From the NCBI GenBank assembly GCA_019058365.1, contig JAHPZE010000001.1, positions 128,001 to 192,000 on the forward strand: a stretch of DNA of 64,000 nt. The letters run 5' to 3'. Below are positions 37,605 through 48,381 of this stretch, in pieces (position 1 is the stretch's first letter; every line of letters starts with the position of its first letter). The translations under genes were made by a program, and so were the position numbers. This stretch comes from Promethearchaeota archaeon. GTDB lineage: Archaea > Asgardarchaeota > Lokiarchaeia > Sigyniarchaeales > SOKP01. Under the pieces are notes generated by a model, which saw only the letters and a list, made by a program, of their open reading frames with translations, was not told the DNA's origin and did no database searches.

Positions 37605-38735
37605 TTAGGATTTATTATCTTTAAAATATTGTAATATTTTCTTTATACATCCAAATGAACTTTTTATTTTAGTAATATCGCAATTATAGGTAATATTATA
37701 AAGAACAATATGTTTCAAGCCAGATTTCGCATAATCTTCTATTTTAGATATAATCTCATCTGGTGTGCCATGTAAAAAACTTTCATCGCACAAATTTGCT
37801 GGGATCTTACCAAAAGCTTCAAGCATAGTTTCTCGGTCGTAGTTTGTAGGGATATAGTCAAGAAGGCCGTAAAAATCTTTGCCGAATGGATGTGAAATAC
37901 CAAATTTTTCAAAATATTCATTTGATTGAATTAAACTATAGTTTTTTACATAAGCGGATTCTAATAGTTTATCACATTCACTATGATCTTCATCAATAAT
38001 TAAATTGCACCATAAGCCGGGTGTAATATCTTCTGGATTGCGTCCTGCTTTTTTTGCTGAATTCTGAATAATATCAAGCTTTTCTTTATATGTTTTAGGA
38101 TTAAAGTTGGATGGTATCCAACCATCTCCTAGTCTCCCCGCCAATTCACACATTTTAGGGCCATGTGCCGCGATCCATATAGGAGGATATTTTTTTTCTT
38201 CATAGGGTTTTATAGAAAGAACAGCATTTTTTAATTTCCAAAATTTCCCATTAAAACTGACTTTTCCTTCATTTTCCCAGAGGAGTTTTATTATTTTTAT
38301 TGCTTCTTCCAATCTGCTAACCGGTTTCTCCCATTTTATACCATAAGGAATGATATTTTCCCCTTCACCGGTACCAATGCCAAGAATTGATCGCCCTTTT
38401 GATATATGATCCAACGTTAAAAAGGTTTGGGCTAGCACAGCTGGATGTCTCCTAAAAGTCTCTGTAACACTCGTACCCAATTTAATATTTTTAGTATTCC
38501 ACGCTGCCACTGACATTACAGAATAAACATCGTAAAAATCGTGTGGACTATTCTGAATTGTTGACATTTCAATAAGGTCTGGAGTCCAAATTGATTCTGG
38601 AATCCAACCCATTAAATGATCTGCAAACCATACTGAATCGTAACCACTATTCTCGATTCTCTTTATGGTTTCAATACCTCTATCAAAAGGCGGGATAAAT
38701 GTACCCTCTGTCCCGAATTTTATATCTATATCCAT
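37605..38735 (-). CDS. LLM-class (F420/flavin-dependent) oxidoreductase
   Basis: GYDSVWFADH, GTSVT...RHPAVLAQ...TLDHISKGR.ILGIGTG, PPIWIAAHGP, GDGW. Confidence 0.9.
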   Translation of the reverse strand: MDIDIKFGTEGTFIPPFDRGIETIKRIENSGYDSVWFADHLMGWIPESIWTPDLIEMSTIQNSPHDFYDVYSVMSVAAWNTKNIKLGTSVTETFRRHPAVLAQTFLTLDHISKGRSILGIGTGEGENIIPYGIKWEKPVSRLEEAIKIIKLLWENEGKVSFNGKFWKLKNAVLSIKPYEEKKYPPIWIAAHGPKMCELAGRLGDGWIPSNFNPKTYKEKLDIIQNSAKKAGRNPEDITPGLWCNLIIDEDHSECDKLLESAYVKNYSLIQSNEYFEKFGISHPFGKDFYGLLDYIPTNYDRETMLEAFGKIPANLCDESFLHGTPDEIISKIEDYAKSGLKHIVLYNITYNCDITKIKSSFGCIKKILQYFKDNKS

Positions 38736-38882
38736 TTTATCACTTCTATATATTTTCTTATTATGATAAAGAAATTCTAAAAATTTTATAAATCTCTTGA
38801 ATTTTTACATTTATCAAAAGAATTGAATGAAAATATAAATTTAGATTAAGTTTTTTTAAAATATTAATAATAATAGAGGAGT

Positions 38883-39938
38883 TTGATTAGAATCATGAAG
38901 TTTAGTTTTCATATCCCTGTACCAACGCCTCGTCTTGAATATATGTTCGAAGGAACAAAAAAGGCTGAAGAGTGTGGTTTTTTTGGTGTTTTTTATGCTG
39001 ATCATACAGTAATGTTACCTCCCGGTCCAGGAACATGCTATGATGCATATTGTTTTTTAACATCTTTAGCCATGATAACAAAAAAAATTAAATTATGTAC
39101 TGGTGTTTCTGATTGTCATCGCTTTCATCCAGCACTAATGGCACATAAAGTAGCTACAGTAGATCAAATATCTAATGGGAGAGTTATGATAGGGCTTGGA
39201 GCAGGAGAGGCAATGAATATTGACATGTATGGTTTAGATAGAAACAAATCTGTTTCAAAGTTACGAGAATATATTATCTTATTGAGGGAATTTTGGACCA
39301 AGAAAAAAGTCAATAGAAACAGTGAATTCTGGGGAGAAATAAAAAAAGCTTATATTCAAATAAAACCAATTCAGAAAAGTCCACCCATTTATATTGCTGG
39401 CAATGGACCAAAAACACGTCAAATAACTGGAGAATTAGCAGATGGATGGTATCCACTATATCAACCACCATGGCTCTATAAGGAGAAACAAAAAGAGGTT
39501 TTTGATGCAGCAAAAGCAGCTGGTAGAGATCCTACTAAGATTGATTATGTTTATGATTGTTTTGTAGCTATTGATAACGATGATCCGGAGAATGCTATAA
39601 AAAGATGTGAATTCTTTAAATCTTCGTATTTATTAAATTCCTTTATTACAAACGAGGCATATCCTAACTTAGATTTACCAGAAGATATTAATGTTCATGA
39701 TTTTGAAATGAACAGTATAAATTCAATGGATTATTTAGAGAATTTAGATAGACTCCCCGAAACAATTTTGCAAGATACGAATTGTTTAGGTACAGTTGAT
39801 GATGTTATTTCAAGCATAGAAAAATATAAACACGCAGGAGCTACACATATGAGTTTAATGAATCGAGGGCCTGATACGAATAAAGTTTATGAAATATTTC
39901 GAGATAAAATAATACCATACTTTAAAGAATTAGATTAA
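38883..39938 (+). CDS. LLM-class (F420/flavin-dependent) oxidoreductase
   Basis: ADH, HPALMAHKVATVDQISNGR...GLGAG, PPIYIAG.GP, ADGW. Confidence 0.9.
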   Translation: MIRIMKFSFHIPVPTPRLEYMFEGTKKAEECGFFGVFYADHTVMLPPGPGTCYDAYCFLTSLAMITKKIKLCTGVSDCHRFHPALMAHKVATVDQISNGRVMIGLGAGEAMNIDMYGLDRNKSVSKLREYIILLREFWTKKKVNRNSEFWGEIKKAYIQIKPIQKSPPIYIAGNGPKTRQITGELADGWYPLYQPPWLYKEKQKEVFDAAKAAGRDPTKIDYVYDCFVAIDNDDPENAIKRCEFFKSSYLLNSFITNEAYPNLDLPEDINVHDFEMNSINSMDYLENLDRLPETILQDTNCLGTVDDVISSIEKYKHAGATHMSLMNRGPDTNKVYEIFRDKIIPYFKELD

Positions 39939-40480
39939 ACCATTTTTTTCTTTCTCCATTCTTCTGCTAAGATCCCCATTAGTATCGCATCATGGTAACT
40001 GCCATTAATCCAAATAGATTGTCGTTTTCTTCCTTCTTCGATGAATCCAACCTTTTTATAACTCTTTAAAGCACTAATATTGAAATCATAAGTATATAAT
40101 TCAATTCTATTTAAATTTACAGTATCAAATCCATATTCAAGTAATAGTTCCATTGCTTCAGTCCCAAATCCTTTATTTTGAAACTCTTTTTCTCCAATTA
40201 CGATTCCAACTTCCCCAACTCTATTTTTACAGTCAATTTTATGGATTCCACAATTTCCAATTAGCTTTTCTGAACCTTCTTCATTAGGAATGACAATTGA
40301 AAAATGAATACTATCTTCTCGGTTTTTTAGATTTTCCATCCATTCTTCTTCAGCCATTCTAGTCATTGGACGATACGCTATAAGATATTGAGTAATCTCA
40401 GGATCATTAAACCATCTTAGAAATGAATCTACATATTCTCTTTTAATCGGACCTAATTTTACTCTTTCTCCTTTTAACAT
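39935..40480 (-). CDS. GNAT N-acetyltransferase (RimJ/RimL/SpeG-like)
   Basis: EVGIVIGEKEFQNKGFGTEA, N..A...YKKVGF.EEG. Confidence 0.9.
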   Translation of the reverse strand: MLKGERVKLGPIKREYVDSFLRWFNDPEITQYLIAYRPMTRMAEEEWMENLKNREDSIHFSIVIPNEEGSEKLIGNCGIHKIDCKNRVGEVGIVIGEKEFQNKGFGTEAMELLLEYGFDTVNLNRIELYTYDFNISALKSYKKVGFIEEGRKRQSIWINGSYHDAILMGILAEEWRKKKMV

Positions 40481-40559
40481 GGAATAAAATAATCCAGTTT
40501 ATATTAAAAAATTATCCATTTTCATCAATTTTAAAAATAAAGAAAAGAAAAAGATGATT

Positions 40560-43505
40560 TTAAAATGTAATATTTTTTTTACGTGCAACAAATTTCACGA
40601 TCTCAAATGATACAATACAGATTAAAGAGATTAAGAAGCACACCAACCAATCTAATCCTGTTAAAAACATGAACATAAAATTAAGTCCTGCAGAAGCTAA
40701 GAAAACTTGTACTCCAGGAATATATATCAGAGCAATGAAAACAAAGAATAAAAGCCCAATTAGAACAAACATAAATTTATTTCGATCTTCAATAAGACTC
40801 TTTATCAACGATTTATTTGGCCTTCTAATCTGATATACAAGAATAGATTCACAGAAAAATAGAGTGCACATCATCATTGTTAATGTCTTTCCAATTCTTC
40901 TAATATAAATTAATTGTTCTAATGGATCTACTATTTCAGATGGTATTAACCCATTAATTTGAGATGGTATTAAATCTTTATTAAAATAAAGATAACCTTG
41001 AGGATAATTTTCAGGAAAAACAGGGTATATACCACTAAAAGTTATGAAATAGACTATTATCATACTTAAAGCAAGTAAAATGCCAAATATTAATAAAAGA
41101 ATTAAAATATTTTTTGAAAGGATTTCTTCTGAATCCCGTGGCTTTTCTTTCATTACATCTTTTGAAGTAGTATCAAATGTAAGAATTAGTCCTGGAAACA
41201 TGTGTAAAGTTATTGAGAGAAAAATCCATTGATAATAGAAAGCGTCATCTAAGAAGTAAGGTAAATCCAATATAATAGCTAATATAAATTGAACAATACC
41301 TTCAAAAACATTAATACAAATATAAAAGAATACCACAACACGGACTCTTGCAAATATTCCCCTCCCATGATGAATCCCTGTCACGATTGAGTTGAAGGAA
41401 TCATCTGAAATCACCATATCAGAAGCCTCCTTAGCTACATCAGTTCCTGCAATTCCCATAGCTATCCCTGCGTCTGCTAGGTTTAATGCTAAAGCATCAT
41501 TTACACCATCGCCCGTCATAGCAACAACTTTTTTTTGTTCTTGATATTTTTCAACGATATCTTCTTTATGTTCTGGAGACACTCGAGCAAATACTTTAAT
41601 TTTAGAAAATTCCTCATAAGATTCGATATTTTTAATATCTTTCCCTTCTACAACTATATCGCTATCGTCGGTTACAATAGCGATTTGTGAAGCAATAGCC
41701 CTCGCAGTAGCAGGAGAATCTCCTGTGATCATTACCACATTAACACCTGCTTCATGACATTGTTCTACAGACTCTCTTACACCATCTCTTGGAGGATCTA
41801 AAATTGTAACAAACCCAATAAATGTTAAGTCTGATTCACTTATTTCTCTGCCTTCAACTCCTTCTGGGGGTATCTCATTCATTTCTTTATAACATAAACT
41901 TAAAATTCTATAACCTTGATTTGCATATAAATTTACAATCTCCATAAGTTTCTTCTTTATCTCATCAGAAAATTCGATTTCACTATTATTATAAATTACT
42001 TTTGAACATAAAGGCATTAAAATTTCACTTGCACCCTTTGTGAAAGAAATGTAAATTTGATTTCTTTTGAAGAGTTTTGTCATTCTTTTTAAAGAAGAAT
42101 CAAATGGATATTCTGTAATAAATTCATAATCTTCAAGAATGTAATCACCCATACCCTTCTGGAATAAGACCATTAGTGCTCCCTCAGTAGGAGAGCCAAT
42201 AACATTCCAATTATAAATGGTTTTTCCAGCAATTTCAATTTCATTTTTTACCAATGCTGAATTATTATTTAAAAAGCCAGATGTTAAAAGTAATTTAAGA
42301 TAGGGGTATTCATTGATGTGCTTAACATAAACATGATTCTTAGGGTCATCCATTAACAAAATATCCCCATCGGGGGTGTAACCACTACCCGTTACTCTAA
42401 ATATTGATCCATTTGTCCAAACATATTGAATTGACATCTGGTTTTTAGTTAATGTACCTGTTTTATCAGAACAAACTACACTTACACGTCCTAAACTGTC
42501 AACAGAAGCAAGATTACGTATAATTACACCTTGATGCCCCATTGCTAATACACCAGTTATTAAAACTATCATTGTTAACAATGGTAAATTAATAGGCATT
42601 AAATCGAGAGCAGAATTAAGACTTTTAACAATTTCTAATCGTCGTAGTCCACTTGCGAGCCAAATAATCATTAATGTAATAAACCAAAATATAAAAACTC
42701 CTAATCCCAACCATTTGCCAAAATTATTCATTTTCTGTCGTATTGGAATCTCGCTCGTACCAGCTTCTTCTAATCCATGAGAAATCTTACCAATTTCTGT
42801 ATCTCCACCAGTTTTTACAACTATTGATTTACCATTCCCTGTACTGATATAAGTCCCATAGAAGACCATATTAATCCGTTCTCCTATTGAAATGTCTTTT
42901 TTAATTAAAGACTGACCTCTTTCTGATTTTCGTACGGGTTCTGATTCTCCCGTTAATGAAGCTTCATTTACCAATAAATTGTAAGATTCTATAATTCTAG
43001 AATCTGCAGGAATTTTATCTCCTTGACTTAGCTCTAATACATCACCGATTACTATTTCTTTAGTCGGAATTTCTTTTTTTTGACCATCTCTTATTATGGT
43101 TGACGTCGGTGCTGTTAACTCACGTAAAGCCTTAAGTTTTTTAGTTGCTCTATATTGTTGAATAATAGCGACTAAACAATTTAAAAAAACAATTCCTAAT
43201 GTCAATGCAATAAAAGTTAAATTTCCCTCTCCAATGAAAAACCACGCTAAAAATAAAATTAAAGCCCCAATTAAATATATTACAATTAACCAATTAAACA
43301 ATGGCGCAAGATATATTTTAATAAATCCTTTTGATACTTTGGGAATTTCATTTAAACCGTATTTTTCCAATCGGTTTGTAGCTTCTTTTTCAGATAAACC
43401 ATTCTTAGGATCAGTTTGAAATTTTTTATAGATTTCGTCCAATTCAAGATTATAAAAATTTTCTTCTGTAGATTCCATTGGTGATTCTTCCACAGTTTTT
43501 AACAT
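40560..43505 (-). CDS. P2A-like P-type ATPase with non-canonical transport site
   Basis: LTGES, CSDKTGTLT, KGA, DPPR, MITGD, FARVSP, TGDGVND; M4 reads MPINLP. Confidence 0.92.
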   Translation of the reverse strand: MLKTVEESPMESTEENFYNLELDEIYKKFQTDPKNGLSEKEATNRLEKYGLNEIPKVSKGFIKIYLAPLFNWLIVIYLIGALILFLAWFFIGEGNLTFIALTLGIVFLNCLVAIIQQYRATKKLKALRELTAPTSTIIRDGQKKEIPTKEIVIGDVLELSQGDKIPADSRIIESYNLLVNEASLTGESEPVRKSERGQSLIKKDISIGERINMVFYGTYISTGNGKSIVVKTGGDTEIGKISHGLEEAGTSEIPIRQKMNNFGKWLGLGVFIFWFITLMIIWLASGLRRLEIVKSLNSALDLMPINLPLLTMIVLITGVLAMGHQGVIIRNLASVDSLGRVSVVCSDKTGTLTKNQMSIQYVWTNGSIFRVTGSGYTPDGDILLMDDPKNHVYVKHINEYPYLKLLLTSGFLNNNSALVKNEIEIAGKTIYNWNVIGSPTEGALMVLFQKGMGDYILEDYEFITEYPFDSSLKRMTKLFKRNQIYISFTKGASEILMPLCSKVIYNNSEIEFSDEIKKKLMEIVNLYANQGYRILSLCYKEMNEIPPEGVEGREISESDLTFIGFVTILDPPRDGVRESVEQCHEAGVNVVMITGDSPATARAIASQIAIVTDDSDIVVEGKDIKNIESYEEFSKIKVFARVSPEHKEDIVEKYQEQKKVVAMTGDGVNDALALNLADAGIAMGIAGTDVAKEASDMVISDDSFNSIVTGIHHGRGIFARVRVVVFFYICINVFEGIVQFILAIILDLPYFLDDAFYYQWIFLSITLHMFPGLILTFDTTSKDVMKEKPRDSEEILSKNILILLLIFGILLALSMIIVYFITFSGIYPVFPENYPQGYLYFNKDLIPSQINGLIPSEIVDPLEQLIYIRRIGKTLTMMMCTLFFCESILVYQIRRPNKSLIKSLIEDRNKFMFVLIGLLFFVFIALIYIPGVQVFLASAGLNFMFMFLTGLDWLVCFLISLICIVSFEIVKFVARKKNITF

Positions 43506-43623
43506 ATAATTGAATTCAAATTTCTATTCAATATAATAAATAACCTATGATATTCATAACTTTTAATTTATTGCTTTTTTACTAGAATGCATTCAATAGT
43601 AATTTTTCAACATAAAAACAAAA

Positions 43624-46494
43624 TTAAAAATGAATCTTTTTTTCTCGAGCAAAATATTTAAACACTTCAATACCAAATATCCCCGGTAAAGCAAATAAAG
43701 TACAGAGTATCCAATCTGTCCCGCTTAGGAACATGAAATTTATCTGCAACCCTAACCCGAAAACATCATTTATATAGTAATTAACAAGGTATGAAAAACA
43801 AATAAAAAGAATATGCAAACCTAAGGTAAACATACACATAACTAGTAATGAGAGGCTAAATTCTTCTTTTATACTTCTTTTAAGAGATTTATTTGGTCTT
43901 CTAAATGCCCATATGAAATTAGTTTCGAGAATAAATATTGTGGTAATAAACATAGTTCTTGCTTTTTGAGCTATCAATTCAGAAGAAGAAGCGGCAGAAT
44001 TAAAATAACTAATATATGGATTTAAATTCCAATCATTTAAAGGAATAACTTGCCATAATGTTAATTGTAAAATCAAAACTAATCCTAATCCCATGAGAAA
44101 AGCTTGTAGTAATAACATTATCCAGATATTCTTATTTAATATTTGTTCTTCATCTCTAGGAGGTTCTAACATTATATCTTTTGGATGTGTATCTATCACC
44201 AATGCTAATGAAGGAAGAGAGTGTGCAATACCAAAAATATAAATATGTTGCCATTCTGAACTGAAGAGATCAAATGTGGGTATAAATTCATAAGTAAAAA
44301 AGATGATGGCTTCCATTATATTCAAACAAATAAAGAAATATATTATAGTCCTAATTTTTGAAAATAAGCCACGGCCAATCCTAACGCCTTTTTCTATGGA
44401 TGTAAAATTATCGTCTGAGATAACCATATCGGCAATTTCTTTTGCAACATCTGTTCCCGTGATACCCATAGCTATACCCGCATTAGCGAGTTTTAAAGCC
44501 AGTGAATCATTTATTCCATCTCCTGTCATAGCAACTACGTGATCATCTTCCTGATAACGTTTAACAATGATTTCCTTATCGGATGGTTCAACACGAGCAA
44601 AGACAGAAATATTTTCAAAATCTAGCTTTGTAGAACTTCTCAACTGAGAACCTTCGATAACTAAAGCTCCTTCTTTGTGAATTCCCATTTGTGTAGCGAT
44701 TGTTTTGGCTGTTGCGGGGTGATCACCAGTAATCATTGCAACTTTTATACCCCCATTTTGGCATTGTTCAATAGACTCTTTAACTCCTTTTCTTGGAGGG
44801 TCCATAATTGAAACAAATCCTATGAAAATTAGTTCTTTTTCTACATCTTCTCTTTTAGGTTTGTTAACATTAGTAAGCATTTTATAAGATAAAGCAAGCG
44901 TTCTATATCCTTCATTTGCACGATCTGTTATTTTATTCAATATTTCTTTTTTAAAGTTAGAATCTAAAGGTTTTAAATTTCCATTTATATCAATACTAGA
45001 AGAAATCTCAATAATTCTTTCAGGAGCTCCTTTAGTAAAGACAAATATATCATATTTATTATTATCAGATTTACAAATTGAGCTCATTCGTTTTAATTCA
45101 GAAGTAAAAGAAAATTCGGTAATGAATTCATATTTCTTTTTAATATCGTAGGGGATATATCCTGCCTTTTCAACTAATACTAATAAAGCTGCTTCAGTTG
45201 GAGAACCTAGGGCTCGCCTTACCGCCATTTCTCTTTTTTCCTTTAATCTAATTTTCACATCTTCATATGCTAATTGAGCATTATTATTTAAGACCATTGA
45301 ATCTATAAATTTAATAAACGTAGGATTATCTTTCAAACTTATAGGAATACTATTTTTAAATATTTCTCCTTCAGAATCATAACCAGACCCTGTAACGTCA
45401 TATTCTTCCTCGTTAATCCAAAATTTTTCAACAGTCATCTCATTTTTTGTAATAGTGCCTGTTTTATCTGAACAGATTACAGAAACCCTACCAAGTGACT
45501 CTATGGAAGAGAGATTTTTAATTATTACCCCACTTTGAGCCATATTGAGTACACCTGTAATTAAAACCAATGTTGACAAAATGGGAAGATTAATAGGTAA
45601 GACATTGATAGCTCTTAGTATAGAACTGACAAGAGCGCCACTTATTTCTGATTGAATGAAATTTCCTTCAATTAACAATAAAGAAAATTTATAAATGATT
45701 AAAATGATTAAATTTATTACCACGATCGTCCCTAAAATATACCCTAATCTATTTAATTTTCTTGTTAGTGGGATATCTTCAATACTCCCCATTTCATTAA
45801 GGGTTTCAGATATCTTTCCAATCTCAGTATTAATACCTGTTCCTGTAATCAATGCTTTTGCTCTCCCAGTATAAACATATGTTCCCATAAATACCATATT
45901 AATTTGCTTTTGTATTGAAACATCATTCTCTTCGATAATATTATTGGTTTTTTCTACTGGTTCACTTTCACCAGTTAAAGGAGCTTCATCAATGGTAAGA
46001 TTTACATAATTTATGATTCTCCCATCTGCGGGGATTTTATCTCCTTGTTCCAAAACCACAACATCTCCGGGTAATAATTCTCTATTTAGTACTTCGAATT
46101 GATTCCCGTCTCTAATTACTGTGGCTTTTAATGCAGAAATTTTCCGTAGGGATTCTAAAGCCTTCTGTGCTCTATATTGTTGAATTACTACTGTGGCAGA
46201 GTTTAAAATTACAACGGTAAATGTTATAACTGTGTCTTTTGCAGAACCCAAAATTACAATCACTACGCCTGTTATAATAAGAATCATAATCAAAAAGTTG
46301 AAAATTGGAGCAAGATAAATCTTCCAAATTGATTTTTTTATTTTTGGTAATTCATTAAATCCAAATTTTAGATATCTATCATTTAATTCTGATGATTTCA
46401 ATCCATGATCTATATCAGTATTGAAAATGCTGATTAGATCTTCAATGGATTGACTGTAATATTTGATTTCATTAGGTTTTTCTGATGATGACAT
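43624..46494 (-). CDS. P2A-like P-type ATPase with non-canonical transport site (tandem paralogue)
   Basis: LTGES, CSDKTGTIT, KGAPE, DPPR, MITGD, TGDGIND; M4 reads LPINLP. Confidence 0.92.
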   Translation of the reverse strand: MSSSEKPNEIKYYSQSIEDLISIFNTDIDHGLKSSELNDRYLKFGFNELPKIKKSIWKIYLAPIFNFLIMILIITGVVIVILGSAKDTVITFTVVILNSATVVIQQYRAQKALESLRKISALKATVIRDGNQFEVLNRELLPGDVVVLEQGDKIPADGRIINYVNLTIDEAPLTGESEPVEKTNNIIEENDVSIQKQINMVFMGTYVYTGRAKALITGTGINTEIGKISETLNEMGSIEDIPLTRKLNRLGYILGTIVVINLIILIIYKFSLLLIEGNFIQSEISGALVSSILRAINVLPINLPILSTLVLITGVLNMAQSGVIIKNLSSIESLGRVSVICSDKTGTITKNEMTVEKFWINEEEYDVTGSGYDSEGEIFKNSIPISLKDNPTFIKFIDSMVLNNNAQLAYEDVKIRLKEKREMAVRRALGSPTEAALLVLVEKAGYIPYDIKKKYEFITEFSFTSELKRMSSICKSDNNKYDIFVFTKGAPERIIEISSSIDINGNLKPLDSNFKKEILNKITDRANEGYRTLALSYKMLTNVNKPKREDVEKELIFIGFVSIMDPPRKGVKESIEQCQNGGIKVAMITGDHPATAKTIATQMGIHKEGALVIEGSQLRSSTKLDFENISVFARVEPSDKEIIVKRYQEDDHVVAMTGDGINDSLALKLANAGIAMGITGTDVAKEIADMVISDDNFTSIEKGVRIGRGLFSKIRTIIYFFICLNIMEAIIFFTYEFIPTFDLFSSEWQHIYIFGIAHSLPSLALVIDTHPKDIMLEPPRDEEQILNKNIWIMLLLQAFLMGLGLVLILQLTLWQVIPLNDWNLNPYISYFNSAASSSELIAQKARTMFITTIFILETNFIWAFRRPNKSLKRSIKEEFSLSLLVMCMFTLGLHILFICFSYLVNYYINDVFGLGLQINFMFLSGTDWILCTLFALPGIFGIEVFKYFAREKKIHF

Positions 46495-46586
46495 CTTAAT
46501 TATTTAAACTGTAAGTTTAATTTAAATATTATTTAATAAGGTTTTGAAGTATATTAATGATTTAGACTTAGGATACTCCTAAAAAA

Positions 46587-47552
46587 TCATAATTTAAGAT
46601 TTTGCGGATTTCCTAATAATTCTTTTAAAAAATGATACTTCTTTCTAATAGTAGTACTTGAAAATTTGCTCGTGCGTTCTATAAGGCTTTGAGTAAATAT
46701 TTTTCGATTGTCAAGTGTTTGTCCTATATAATAAATCAATCCCGCTGTAAATGCTTTATAATTTAGGTTCTGAATTTGGCTATATGAGATTATTTTTAAA
46801 ACTTTATCAGCTAATAATAGCATTTCAATTTTAATTTTTTCATATTCAACCTTATCTGTAAAAAACTCTTGAATTCCTTGGTATGAGATATTGTTCAAAT
46901 CTTTTTGAAAAACAATTTTTATTTTATTTTTAATCTCATATTCTATTTCTAAAGCACTTTTTTTCTCTTTAAATATCTTTTCAGTTCTTTTAACTTTTAG
47001 CATAGCGTTATTGATCATCTTTTTATTGATTTTATGCCCTAATTCTCTGGAAGCTTTAATGAATTCTTCGATTCGTATATTTGTGGTATCTTTTATTTTT
47101 AACCATACAATTGCGAGAAAAATAATAACCATATTTTGATAATTATGGCGATGGTATTTGTTATAGTTCAAATACCTGTCCTTAATTTCTTGGTATTTTA
47201 CATTATCAATGTTTAATCCTATCCCATGGCTTTTTAATAATTCAATTGTCTTTTTTTGTTCAGTAAAATCAGATTCATAGTCTCGGAACCATTTTTCAAG
47301 TGTTTTAATTCGATCGTATTTCTCTTTTATTACGGGATCTTGAAGAGCCTTCGAATTACTTATATTGATTTTTCTTTCATAGTCTCTCTGCGAATCTGTA
47401 TAAAGGTCGCTAGTTGATGCTGTGGATTCAAAAGCTAAATTATCTTCCATAATTAATCCACAATCTTGACAGACTATGAATCCACTGTCTTGTTTGATAT
47501 TTTTATGCGGACACGTAAAAATTTCCGATTTGGAGTTTTTCTTATTATTCAA
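46587..47552 (-). CDS. Divergent TFIIB/TFB-like protein
   Basis: N-terminal CPH...VCQDCG Zn ribbon; cyclin-fold C-terminus KAFTAGLIYY...FTQ..I......STTIRKKY. Confidence 0.7.
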   Translation of the reverse strand: MNNKKNSKSEIFTCPHKNIKQDSGFIVCQDCGLIMEDNLAFESTASTSDLYTDSQRDYERKINISNSKALQDPVIKEKYDRIKTLEKWFRDYESDFTEQKKTIELLKSHGIGLNIDNVKYQEIKDRYLNYNKYHRHNYQNMVIIFLAIVWLKIKDTTNIRIEEFIKASRELGHKINKKMINNAMLKVKRTEKIFKEKKSALEIEYEIKNKIKIVFQKDLNNISYQGIQEFFTDKVEYEKIKIEMLLLADKVLKIISYSQIQNLNYKAFTAGLIYYIGQTLDNRKIFTQSLIERTSKFSSTTIRKKYHFLKELLGNPQNLKL

Positions 47553-47704
47553 TCAAAAATCAATTTAAAATATTTAATTACTATTAAATAGAATTTGTGT
47601 TAAAAACAATAATATTAAAAATTTTTATTAATTTCAAAAACAATAATAAGTATAATTGCATAAAAAATTTTCTTGGTTTTTTAAAAAAATTAAGGTGAAT
47701 TAAA

Positions 47705-48262
47705 ATGGAATATAAAAAAGTTCTAAAATTTCTTCAAATCATCGGTTCTATATTTATCATTCTTTCATTAATCGAGATTGCTTATATCATTTTATTCAAT
47801 TTTACCCCATTTATTCTTGATGGAAATTCACTTTTATTATCGGAATTTTTATACTCATCAACAATTTTCCCATTTTCAGGGACTATATTATATCTATTTC
47901 TATTAATCGCTATGTTTTGTTATTTAATCATAGGAATTTTCTTGTTTAGAATATCTTTAAAAAATAACATCGAAAGCATTCCATTAGCAAAGTTCATAGT
48001 CGTTATTGGTATGGTAATTTTATTAGGAGCTTTTATTAAAATGAACTATTTAGTATTATTAGGTAAAACTGCTATTACAACACCCTTTACTACTATCCAT
48101 TTTCAAACTGCTCTTTATGATATGGATATTACTTCAATTGCACCAGCAATCTTTTGGGTTTTCTTTATGACTGTAAATACTTACTATTTACTTATTGGAT
48201 TAACTATTACTGCTGTTGGAATAAAATATACTCTGCAACAAGAACAAGCGAAAAAATCTTAA
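47705..48262 (+). CDS. Uncharacterised four-TM membrane protein
   Basis: Four long hydrophobic segments. Confidence 0.7.
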   Translation: MEYKKVLKFLQIIGSIFIILSLIEIAYIILFNFTPFILDGNSLLLSEFLYSSTIFPFSGTILYLFLLIAMFCYLIIGIFLFRISLKNNIESIPLAKFIVVIGMVILLGAFIKMNYLVLLGKTAITTPFTTIHFQTALYDMDITSIAPAIFWVFFMTVNTYYLLIGLTITAVGIKYTLQQEQAKKS

Positions 48263-48381
48263 ATTTTTATTAAAAATGATAAAAAAGAAGTTAAGAATAT
48301 TTATTTTTAATCTCTATTAAACGAGATAATAACAAAAAATAAATTGAATTTGATTTAATTTTGCAAAGTTATAAAAGTGTC

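Noticed and set aside
47705-48262. Four-TM protein near the ATPases as a CDC50-like beta subunit
   Set aside because: CDC50 has two TMs around a large ectodomain; this protein has four TMs with short loops and is on the opposite strand.
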